Of a stretch of DNA of 64,000 bases, positions 48,910 through 57,655 are shown one piece after another; position 1 is the first letter of the stretch; every line of letters begins with the position of its first letter. Under the pieces are notes generated by a model. The model was not told the origin of the DNA. It did not search any database and worked only from the letters and a program-made list of their open reading frames with translations. The DNA is from Candidatus Parcubacteria bacterium (GTDB lineage Bacteria; Patescibacteriota; Patescibacteriia; Patescibacteriales; UBA12075). A program made the position numbers and the translations under genes. Location: NCBI GenBank assembly GCA_023132155.1, contig JAGLYP010000023.1, positions 11,504-75,503 of the forward strand, in the 5' to 3' direction.

Positions 48910-49407
48910 ATGAGCAGAATAAATGAAAAAAAATATTATAATATAATTTTATTCTTTGCGAATAAGATTAAAAACGGAACTCTTGGAAAATTAAAAATGA
49001 TGAAGTTATTATACTTCCTTGATTTTGATTTTTTTGAGAAATATGGGAAATCAGTAACCGGTGATAAATATTTGCGTTGGGAAAATGGTCCTGTGCCGCG
49101 AAAAGCTGAACAAATAATAAAACAAATGAACGGTGTTGATATAAAAATATCAAAAAGAAAGGTAGGCAACGGTTATAATGACCAGCAGCACATTGAGGCT
49201 CTGAAAACTTTTGATTTAAATTTATTTTCAAAAGAAGAATTAATAATGATGGATGATATTGCCGATAAGTGGGAAAAATTTTCCGGCACTGAAATGAAAA
49301 ATGCCAGCCATGGCGAAGCTCCATGGATCGCGACAAAACCAAATGAAATAATTGATTATAATCTTGCATATTATCGCAATAAATACGGCGAAATGGATAA
49401 AGATTAA
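48910..49407 (+). CDS. Panacea-domain (DUF4065, SocA/GepA-like) antitoxin.
   Basis: GKLKMMKLLYFLDFDFFEKYGKSVTGDKYLRWENGPVP matches the Panacea core (LKLQKLLYYA...WKHGPV). Confidence 0.65.
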   Translation: MSRINEKKYYNIILFFANKIKNGTLGKLKMMKLLYFLDFDFFEKYGKSVTGDKYLRWENGPVPRKAEQIIKQMNGVDIKISKRKVGNGYNDQQHIEALKTFDLNLFSKEELIMMDDIADKWEKFSGTEMKNASHGEAPWIATKPNEIIDYNLAYYRNKYGEMDKD

Positions 49408-49416
49408 AAAAGCGGC

Positions 49417-49752
49417 ATGCTGATTATATATCATTGCGAAATCAACAAAGATTATAAAAATTTAAAGCGTTTTCCCGAACCAAAAAAGTCATTAGAGGCA
49501 TGGGGGCGCCTTTTTTGTTTAAAGGGATTAAGCGAGACTCCGGGCATTGAACAATACCCCGGTTTTGGCGGACGTAAAATATATAAAGCCAGAGTTGTGC
49601 CATTGAAAGAAAATTGCGGTAAATCAAAAGGATATAGATTAATTTTTCAATTATTGGGAAATGGAGATTTTGTATTTTTAGTTTTTTCAAGACACGGAAT
49701 TTATAATAGCGAGAAAGATTTAATGAATTTAATAAAAAATCGTATTTGTTAA
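49417..49752 (+). CDS. RelE/ParE-superfamily toxin-like protein.
   Basis: ...GYRLIFQLLGNGDFVFLVFSRHGIY... matches the yRiiY...v.il.i.HR..vY core of RelE/ParE-fold toxins. It starts 10 nt after the Panacea gene. Confidence 0.55.
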   Translation: MLIIYHCEINKDYKNLKRFPEPKKSLEAWGRLFCLKGLSETPGIEQYPGFGGRKIYKARVVPLKENCGKSKGYRLIFQLLGNGDFVFLVFSRHGIYNSEKDLMNLIKNRIC

Positions 49753-49761
49753 AAAAATTCT

Positions 49762-50931
49762 ATGAACATTTTTCTATTTTTAAGCGCGTGTTTTTTGTTT
49801 GTCTTTTTATTTGGGAGATTAATTGAAAAATTCAGGATTCCATGGGTTTTTTCAGCTTTGATTTTAGGGGCGATTTTCGCGGTTTATAATCCGTTTACGG
49901 CAATAACATCATCAGAAACTTTTAATTTTTTGGCGGAACTGGGCATGTACTTTTTGTTGTTTATGATTGGCCTGGAAATTGATTTGAAAAAATTTAAAAA
50001 ATCAAGCGCTTTTATTTTTAAATCCACTTTTTTTATTATTTTTTTGGAAGCGGTTTTCGGAGGTTTGTTAATTCATTTTGTTTTTGGGTATAGCTGGCTG
50101 GTTTCTCTGGTTGTATCTTTATCTTTCGCGACAGTGGGGGAGGCGATATTGATTCCGATTTTGGATGAGTTTAAAATAATTAATACCAAGCTCGGACAAA
50201 GCATAATAGGAATCGGGTTTTTTGATAATTTAATTGAATTGACAGTCTTAATCGGCGTGATTTTTTTAACCGGAACGGCGGCGTCATCCTCGCAGCTTAA
50301 TATATTTTTGGTTTTATTGTCTTTGCTGTTTTTATTTTTTTTAACTTACATAGCTTCAAAGTTTAAAAGCAAGGCGCAAAGTTTTAATCATTTTCCGGTA
50401 GAAATTGTTTTTTTATTTTCTTTGTTTTTACTTTTTCTTTTTATCGGAATCGGCGAATACGCGCACGCGACGCCGATTGCCGCTTTGCTTGCCGGAATTG
50501 CTTTAAAAACATTTATGCCCGAGGCGCGCTTATTAACGATTGAAAGTGAAATCAAAGCGCTCTGTTACGGTTTTTTTACGCCGATATTTTTTCTTTGGGT
50601 GGGATTGTCAATTGACATAAATATTTTGCTGGCAAGTCCATTGCTAATTCTTTTAGTGGTGGCTGTTTCAAAAACCGCGAAAATTTTAGGCAGCTATTTG
50701 GCAGCCAAAAAAGAGCTTGGCGCAAAGCAGTCAATCTTGCTCGGGATAGGCCTTTCAGTAAGATTCAGCACAAGCATAATAATCATTAAAATTTTATTTG
50801 ACAGCAATATAATTGACGCGAATTTGTATTCCATAATTATCGCCTCAAGCATTGTGTTTAAATTTATCGTGCCGGTTTTGTTTTCAAATTTAATTGTCAG
50901 ATGGGGAGTCGCGCCAGCCAGGGCGATTTAA
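49762..50931 (+). CDS. Cation:proton antiporter (CPA/NhaP-KefB-like).
   Basis: 389 aa with about 11 TM helices. Confidence 0.7.
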   Translation: MNIFLFLSACFLFVFLFGRLIEKFRIPWVFSALILGAIFAVYNPFTAITSSETFNFLAELGMYFLLFMIGLEIDLKKFKKSSAFIFKSTFFIIFLEAVFGGLLIHFVFGYSWLVSLVVSLSFATVGEAILIPILDEFKIINTKLGQSIIGIGFFDNLIELTVLIGVIFLTGTAASSSQLNIFLVLLSLLFLFFLTYIASKFKSKAQSFNHFPVEIVFLFSLFLLFLFIGIGEYAHATPIAALLAGIALKTFMPEARLLTIESEIKALCYGFFTPIFFLWVGLSIDINILLASPLLILLVVAVSKTAKILGSYLAAKKELGAKQSILLGIGLSVRFSTSIIIIKILFDSNIIDANLYSIIIASSIVFKFIVPVLFSNLIVRWGVAPARAI

Positions 50932-50991
50932 TTGCCGAAAGCCCGTCAATCTGCTAAAATTATATCAGTTAAAATTTTAATATAAACAATC

Positions 50992-52077
50992 ATGAAAATA
51001 GTTATCCGCGCCGGCGGCATCGGAACAAGGCTTTGGCCGATGAGCCGTAAAAACAATCCCAAGCAATTTCAAAACGTGGTAGGGGACAAAACGATGGTCC
51101 GAACAACCTACGAAAGGATTCAAGGAATTTTGAAAACCGATAAAGATGTTTTTGTTTCCATTAACAAAGATTTTATTGAAAAGGCATTGAATGAAATTCC
51201 GGAAATAAGCAAAAAGCAATTAATTATTGAAACCGATACCAGAAATACCGGTCCGGCAATGTGTTTGGAAGTGTGTTTTTTGGAGAAATTTTGCGATAAA
51301 AAAGAAGTAATCGCGTCTCTGCCGTCTGATGATTTTATTTCCGACAATTCGGCTTTTCAAAATTTGCTGGAGTCAAGCGAAAGTTTTATTTTGAATAATC
51401 CCGAATATATTTTAACGCCGGCAATCAGGCCGGACTATATTGATACCGGCTATACTTATTTTAAAGCAGGAAAAAATTTGCAAAAAAATTCCAAAGACGC
51501 GATTTATCAGGTGGCGGGCATAGCGGAAAAGCCGAATTATGAGCATTGCCAAAATCTAATCAATACCGGCGTATATTATTGCCATACCGGCATATATTTG
51601 TGGCGGCTTGAACATATAATTAATCTTTTTAAGATCCATCAAAAAGATATGTATGAAAGCTGCCGCAAAGCAGTGGATTTGACTTTGAAAAATGATTTAG
51701 AGAAGGCTGAAAAAATCTATTCTCAATTAGAAAAAATTTCCATAGAAAGCGCGATTACGGATAAAGTTGATAAAATAGCTATGAGTGTTTCTAATAAAAT
51801 CGGTTGGAGCGATTTGGGTAAATGGCGTATAATTAAAAAAATTCTTAAGCCCGAAGATGATGAAAATTTAATTAAAGGAGATGTGGTCGCGCGGGAAGCA
51901 AAAAATAATTTAGTGTATTCTTTCGTGCCGAAAAAAATCGTGGTTATTAATGATGTTGATAATTTAGCGATAATTGACACAAAAGACGTGCTATTTGTTT
52001 CTTCTTTAAAAAATTCTGTTGATGTAAAAAAAATCGTGGAGAAATTAAAAGAAGAAAACAAGGCGGAATATTTATAA
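50992..52077 (+). CDS. Mannose-1-phosphate guanylyltransferase-like sugar nucleotidyltransferase.
   Basis: MKIVIRAGGIGTRLWPMSRKNNPKQF.... Confidence 0.75.
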   Translation: MKIVIRAGGIGTRLWPMSRKNNPKQFQNVVGDKTMVRTTYERIQGILKTDKDVFVSINKDFIEKALNEIPEISKKQLIIETDTRNTGPAMCLEVCFLEKFCDKKEVIASLPSDDFISDNSAFQNLLESSESFILNNPEYILTPAIRPDYIDTGYTYFKAGKNLQKNSKDAIYQVAGIAEKPNYEHCQNLINTGVYYCHTGIYLWRLEHIINLFKIHQKDMYESCRKAVDLTLKNDLEKAEKIYSQLEKISIESAITDKVDKIAMSVSNKIGWSDLGKWRIIKKILKPEDDENLIKGDVVAREAKNNLVYSFVPKKIVVINDVDNLAIIDTKDVLFVSSLKNSVDVKKIVEKLKEENKAEYL

Positions 52078-52081
52078 AAAA

Positions 52082-53107
52082 ATGAAAAAATTAACTTTTA
52101 TTATAATATTATTAATTTTAACTGTATTTTGCGGTTTTTATTTTGTGTATCAATATAGTATCGGCGTAGCTGATACTAAAAATTACGAAGACATAACTTT
52201 TCGGGTTGCCAGCGGAGAAAGCGTAAAACAGATCGCGGAAAATTTATTAGAAAAAGATTTAATCAAGTCAAAATTTTATTTTTCACTTTATGTTAAAAGC
52301 CAAGACAAGGAAAACGTTTTGCAGGCCGGTGAATATATCCTGAATTCTTCAATGCCAATCAGAAAGATTGTTTCTATTCTGGCAAGCGGGCGCGCTTTAA
52401 GCAGGGAAAGGGATGTTAAAATTATTGAGGGATGGCGCTTAACGGATGTTGGGGAGTATTTGGAAAAAGAAGGCGTATCCACTAAACAGAAATTTTTAAG
52501 CTTAACTAAAAGCGCGGCTAATTGGCCTTTTGATTTTGAAAAACCAAAAATGTTAAACGCGATTCCGGCTAATGCCGATCTTGAGGGTTTTTTATTTCCG
52601 GATACTTATAGAATTTATAAAGATGATAATGAAGTTGTGCTTATAAAAAAGATGATAAATAATTTCGCTGATAAATTTACGGCAAAGATGGCGGAGGATG
52701 CCGCAAGGCAAGGACGCGATGTTTTTGAAGTCGTAACAATGGCTTCAATTATTGAAAAAGAAGTAAGAGGTTACGAAGATATGCGTATTGTTTCCGGTTT
52801 GTTTTGGAATCGCGTAAAAAACGGACGGGGATTAGAATCTTGCGCTACCTTAGCGTACATTTCGGGTGTTGATAAGCCGGTTTATTCCTTGGAAGATACA
52901 AAAATTAAATCCGATTATAATACTTATCAAAACCTTGGTTTGCCGCCGGGTCCGATATGCAATCCGGGATTAAACGCTTTAAATGCCGCGATTTATCCGG
53001 TTGATACGGATTATAATTATTTTTTAAGCCGATCGGATAATGGAGAAACCGTTTTTAGCAAAAGCTATCAGGAGCATCTGCGGAATAAGGCCAAATATTT
53101 GCGATAA
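52082..53107 (+). CDS. mltG: Endolytic murein transglycosylase MltG (YceG-like).
   Basis: An N-terminal TM and the conserved YceG C-terminal region (LASIIEKE...GLPPGPICNPG). Confidence 0.8.
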   Translation: MKKLTFIIILLILTVFCGFYFVYQYSIGVADTKNYEDITFRVASGESVKQIAENLLEKDLIKSKFYFSLYVKSQDKENVLQAGEYILNSSMPIRKIVSILASGRALSRERDVKIIEGWRLTDVGEYLEKEGVSTKQKFLSLTKSAANWPFDFEKPKMLNAIPANADLEGFLFPDTYRIYKDDNEVVLIKKMINNFADKFTAKMAEDAARQGRDVFEVVTMASIIEKEVRGYEDMRIVSGLFWNRVKNGRGLESCATLAYISGVDKPVYSLEDTKIKSDYNTYQNLGLPPGPICNPGLNALNAAIYPVDTDYNYFLSRSDNGETVFSKSYQEHLRNKAKYLR

Positions 53108-53180
53108 GATTTGAATAATGGTATAATATTAGTGAGCGAAGTTTGCTAATATTTTTTATTTGCGAATGTTTTTTTTGTGA

Positions 53181-54740
53181 ATGACCCTAGATTTGTCGCC
53201 AATTTATAATTTTTTTGCCTTGCCCATGAATGAGCAAGTATATCTTTTTTTGCTGTATTTCGCGTGGATTCCGGTTGCTTTTGTAATTCTTTATGGCGCC
53301 AAAGAACTGTGGGTAGATTATATTCAAGGCAAATGGGCGGCAGAGCAAAAATATATTTTACTGGCGATTGATATTCAGCGCGGAAATGAACAATCAGTTA
53401 AAGCGGTAGAAAATTTATTTGTATATTTTGGCGGAGCGCATGGCACTTTTAGTTTAATTGAAAAATTTTGGGTAGGAAAACATCAGCTTGGTTTTAGCTT
53501 TGAAATTGTCAGTATAGAAGGATATACCCAGTTTTTAATCCATACGCATGAAGCATTTCGCAATTTTGTTGAAACCGCGATTTATGCCCAGTATCCTGAC
53601 GCTGAAATTACCGAAGTTGATGATTATGTTGAAGATATCCCCACTAAATATCCTGATGATGAATATGATATTTGGGGCGCGGAATTTATTTATAGCGATC
53701 CTCCCGCTTATCCGATTAGGACTTATAAGGATTTTGAGGATACGGCAGCCGGCAAGCCCGAACTTCAGTTTAAAGACCCGATGGCTTCGTTAATGGACTT
53801 ATGCAGCAGCCTGGGACCGGGTGAACAGCTTTGGTATCAGATGATTATCGTGCCTACTGACTTTGAATGGACAAAAGAACTGAACAAAGAAGCCGGTAAA
53901 ATTTTAAATGAAAAAGTAAAGGCCGAAAAAGGCTCTTTTTCCAAGTTTTTCGGCGAAATCAAGAGCTGGATTGATGAATTCACCGAACAGGCGTTCAGCT
54001 GGAGCATGGGTTCTTTTGCTGAAGCGGAAACGGCTGATGACGCTTTAAAAATGATGAATTTGAAACCTCAGGAAAAAAAGCAGATTGAGGCTATTCAAAA
54101 TAAAATATCAAAAATCGGTTTTGAAGCAAAAAATAGGATGATTTATGTGGCTAAGAAAGAAAATATGAACAAACCCAAAGTTGTTAACGGTTTTGTGGGC
54201 TATATGAAGCAATTTACCGACTGGGATTTAAACGGTTTAAAGCCGGACATGAAAAAAACCGCGACCTCAACTTCTTATTTTTTTAAAGAAGCGCGCGTTA
54301 ATGCCAAAAAAATTAAAATAATGGCGGCCTATAAAAAAAGAAGCGATTTTTTAGGGCGTTTAACTAAAGTTTTTAATGTTGAAGAATTGGCGACTTTGTG
54401 GCATTTTCCAATTGAAAGCGTAGTTAAGGCGCCATTAATTCAAAAGGCGGCAGGCCGCAAGGCAGAACCGCCAATGAGCCTGCCCTTAAGCGAGGGCGCG
54501 GTAAGTGAAGCGGCTTTATATCCCGAAGATGAAGATATTTTTGGCGGCGTTGATTTGAAAGAGAGCGGCGCTAACCATGAAGAAAAAGAAGATGATAATA
54601 AAATAAAAGATAAGCGCGGTGATTTGGATGAGATATTCAGTATTGAAGAAGATATTAATAAAAAATATCCCGTGAAAAAAATAAAAATCGCCCCGGCCGA
54701 GGCTAAAAGTTCGCCTCCGTCCAATTTGCCTTTTGCCTGA
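53181..54740 (+). CDS. Membrane-anchored hypothetical protein; partner of the downstream TraD/VirD4-like ATPase.
   Basis: A single N-terminal TM (VYLFLLYFAWIPVAFVILYGA), then a large soluble domain. Confidence 0.45.
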   Translation: MTLDLSPIYNFFALPMNEQVYLFLLYFAWIPVAFVILYGAKELWVDYIQGKWAAEQKYILLAIDIQRGNEQSVKAVENLFVYFGGAHGTFSLIEKFWVGKHQLGFSFEIVSIEGYTQFLIHTHEAFRNFVETAIYAQYPDAEITEVDDYVEDIPTKYPDDEYDIWGAEFIYSDPPAYPIRTYKDFEDTAAGKPELQFKDPMASLMDLCSSLGPGEQLWYQMIIVPTDFEWTKELNKEAGKILNEKVKAEKGSFSKFFGEIKSWIDEFTEQAFSWSMGSFAEAETADDALKMMNLKPQEKKQIEAIQNKISKIGFEAKNRMIYVAKKENMNKPKVVNGFVGYMKQFTDWDLNGLKPDMKKTATSTSYFFKEARVNAKKIKIMAAYKKRSDFLGRLTKVFNVEELATLWHFPIESVVKAPLIQKAAGRKAEPPMSLPLSEGAVSEAALYPEDEDIFGGVDLKESGANHEEKEDDNKIKDKRGDLDEIFSIEEDINKKYPVKKIKIAPAEAKSSPPSNLPFA

Positions 54741-54759
54741 TTTATATTAAAAAGAAAAT

Positions 54760-56514
54760 ATGTTCAACGATGATATAACAGTATTTGCGGAAACGACTTT
54801 TCGCAATAAAAATCAAAAATTCGGAATCAAAATTGACGATCGGCGCCGGCATATGTATCTGATTGGAAAGACAGGCATGGGCAAATCAACGGTTTTGGAA
54901 AATATGATAATTGGCGATATTCGCGCGGGAAAAGGCGTTGCAATCGTGGATCCGCACGGGGATTTGGCGGAAAAAGTGATTGAGTATATTCCGACGGACA
55001 GAATCAACGATGTGGTTTATTTTAATCCGGCGGATATGGAGAATCCGATTGCTTTTAACGTGGTTGAGCATGTCGCGCCGCATTTAAGGCATTTGGTTGC
55101 CTCCGGACTTTTGGGGGTTTTTCAAAAATTGTGGGCTGATTCATGGGGGCCGCGGCTTGAATATATTTTAAGAAATTCAATATTGGCGGTTTTGGATTAT
55201 CCGGGTTCCACGCTTTTGGCGGTAACCCGCATGCTGTCTGATAAAAAATTCAGGAAAAAAGTAATTGATAAAATTCAGGATCCGGTTGTAAAGGCTTTTT
55301 GGGTAAATGAGTTTGCCGGCTATAATGATAAATTCGCCTCTGAAGCGGTTTCGCCGATACAAAATAAAGTCGGACAATTTTTATCAAGCTCTTTAATCAG
55401 GAATATTGTCGGACAGGTGAAATCTTCAATTGATATGCGGAAAATTATGGATGAAGGCAAAATTTTGATTATGAATTTAAGCAAAGGGAGAATCGGCGAA
55501 GATAATTCACGCCTTTTAGGCGCGATGATGATTACCAAAATTCAATTGGCGGCCATGAGCAGGGTAGATGTTGATGAAAGCGAAAGAAAAGATTTTTATT
55601 TATATGTAGACGAATTTCAAAATTTTGCCACTGACAGCTTTGCCAATATTTTATCCGAGGCCAGAAAATATCGTTTGAATTTGGTTTTAGCGCATCAATA
55701 TGTTGAGCAGGTTGAAGAAAAAGTGCGCAACGCGATATTCGGCAATGTCGGCACCTTGATTGTGTTTCGCGTGGGCGCGGCTGATGCCGAGTGGGTGGTT
55801 CCTGAATTTACACCGACTTTTACCGAAGAAGATATTGTTAATCTTCCTAAATATGAAGTTTATTTAAAATTAATGATTGACGGAATCGCGTCCGAGCCTT
55901 TTTCAGCCAGAGGCTTGCCGCCTTTGTCTGATTCTGAAAAAACCGGAAATACGCAAAAAGTGATTAGTGTTTGCCGTGAGCGCTATGCTAAACCCAGAGA
56001 GGTGGTTGAAGATAAAATAAATCGTTGGCATGAAGACGGCGGCAAAGATGAGGAAGAATATGATAATAGAAATAGTAAAACACAAAATAATAATATTAAA
56101 AATATCGGCGAAACGGATAATAAAAAAAATAATTCCAGCATCAGCCCGGTTGCTAAAAATCTTGATAATTCTGTTTATAAACACGAGGCAAAATGCAGCC
56201 GTTGCGGCAAAGATACGAAGATTTCTTTTAAACCGGATGGAATCCGCCCGATCTATTGCCGTGATTGTTTGACAATAATACGAGAAGAAAAAAAACAAGA
56301 ACTTGAAAATCGCAAGGAACTTAAAAGCAGAGAATTAAAAAAAATTAAAAACAAATCAGAAGATGCTGTTATGCAAGATGTCTCAACTATTTCCCTTAAA
56401 GACGCGTTGTCAAAGCCTCCGGTAAAATTTAAAGCGGGCTCACGGAGACAATTTAATAAATCCCAAAAACCAAAAACCAACATTCTTGGAGAAGGGGAGG
56501 AAGTTGTGTTTTGA
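54760..56514 (+). CDS. TraD/TrwB/VirD4-like P-loop ATPase (type IV secretion DNA-binding-domain family) with a C-terminal CxxC...CxxC zinc ribbon.
   Basis: Walker A LIGKTGMGKST, Walker B LYVDEFQNFA, LVLAHQ, and the ribbon KCSRCGKDTKISFKPDGIRPIYCRDC. Confidence 0.6.
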   Translation: MFNDDITVFAETTFRNKNQKFGIKIDDRRRHMYLIGKTGMGKSTVLENMIIGDIRAGKGVAIVDPHGDLAEKVIEYIPTDRINDVVYFNPADMENPIAFNVVEHVAPHLRHLVASGLLGVFQKLWADSWGPRLEYILRNSILAVLDYPGSTLLAVTRMLSDKKFRKKVIDKIQDPVVKAFWVNEFAGYNDKFASEAVSPIQNKVGQFLSSSLIRNIVGQVKSSIDMRKIMDEGKILIMNLSKGRIGEDNSRLLGAMMITKIQLAAMSRVDVDESERKDFYLYVDEFQNFATDSFANILSEARKYRLNLVLAHQYVEQVEEKVRNAIFGNVGTLIVFRVGAADAEWVVPEFTPTFTEEDIVNLPKYEVYLKLMIDGIASEPFSARGLPPLSDSEKTGNTQKVISVCRERYAKPREVVEDKINRWHEDGGKDEEEYDNRNSKTQNNNIKNIGETDNKKNNSSISPVAKNLDNSVYKHEAKCSRCGKDTKISFKPDGIRPIYCRDCLTIIREEKKQELENRKELKSRELKKIKNKSEDAVMQDVSTISLKDALSKPPVKFKAGSRRQFNKSQKPKTNILGEGEEVVF

Positions 56515-56597
56515 TGATTTATGGCTATTCAGATGTTAGTTTGAAAAGTGTTAAGGTGTAATTATGTGCGATATTATTTTAAATTTACCTGTTAATT

Positions 56598-56738
56598 TTG
56601 TCATTTCGACGAGCGCTAGCGAGGAGAAATCCCTTAAACGCGAAAATATAATAGAATTGCCTGTTTAAATAAGACGTACTAAAATACAACATTCAAGGGA
56701 TTTCTCACTTCCGCTGACGCTTCAGTTCGAAATGACAA
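56598..56738. mobile_element. MITE-like element with ~40-bp terminal inverted repeats (TTGTCATTTCGACGAGCGCTAGCGAGGAGAAATCCCTT ... AAGGGATTTCTCACTTCCGCTGACGCTTCAGTTCGAAATGACAA).
   Basis: The inverted repeat is read from the sequence, immediately upstream of a GIY-YIG gene. Confidence 0.6.
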
Positions 56739-56757
56739 ATAAAAAGTTTTTTTATTT

Positions 56758-57057
56758 ATGCAAAAAAAAGGATACAATTTTTATGTATATATTATGGCAA
56801 GCACAAGCGGTACGATTTATATTGGGATGACAAATAATTTGGAAAGAAGAGTTATTGAACATAAAAAAGGAGTAATTAACGGCTTCTCAAAAAAATATTC
56901 ATGCAATAAGCTTATATATTATGAACATTATCAATATGTATATGATGCGATTAGTAGAGAAAAAGAAATTAAAAAATGGCGCAGAGAGAAAAAACAAAAA
57001 TTGGTTGCAAAATTAAATCCGCATTGGAATGATTTGTCAAAAGAATTGTTTATATGA
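56758..57057 (+). CDS. GIY-YIG nuclease family protein (YhbQ-like).
   Basis: FYVYIMASTSGTIYIGMTNNLERRVIEH...KLIYYE...REKEIKKW. Confidence 0.75.
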   Translation: MQKKGYNFYVYIMASTSGTIYIGMTNNLERRVIEHKKGVINGFSKKYSCNKLIYYEHYQYVYDAISREKEIKKWRREKKQKLVAKLNPHWNDLSKELFI

Positions 57058-57209
57058 CAAGAAAAATAAAAATCAATATTTTTGAAGAGGGAAATAGGAT
57101 GATGGATTTTGACATATAATTATTTTTGTATAATAATGTGTTTACGAGCATTGATGACAGGTTGCATAATCCGCATAGGCATAAATATCTATGCTACATT
57201 TGATTTTAT

Positions 57210-57239
57210 AAGCCCTGCCTCTCGCGAGAGGCAGGGCTT
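57210..57239 (+). terminator. Palindrome AAGCCCTGCCTCTCGCGAGAGGCAGGGCTT (a member of the CTCTCGCGAGAG-core hairpin family).
   Basis: Read from the sequence. Confidence 0.6.
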
Positions 57240-57655
57240 ACAAAATTATTAATTTAGCCAAGTCATTCATGGCTGGGCGGTGAAATTTTACATTTTAATA
57301 GTTTTTTGAGAAATTTTTTAAAAAGAAAACAGCTCAAGAGGTTAGACCAATCAAGCTGAAAAAGTTAATTTGGTTATCCCATACCCGCTATTTTACGCGG
57401 CCCTTTCTCACGATGTTAGTGAGCAGGAGTGGCTAGTTCTACTATTTGCAGCGGGCGTAGACAGGTGCGTTATTGCGCCCAAAGCCATTCCCAAATTAAC
57501 TAAAATTATCCTAGCATATCAATTACAATTTGTCAATAGCGGGTGTAAAAAAAAATTTAAAAAATGGCTTAAGTTAAAAAAAATATTTATAATTTTAATA
57601 CAAAATATTCGGATTATTATACATAAATAAATTTTATTTTAAAATAAACATATTT

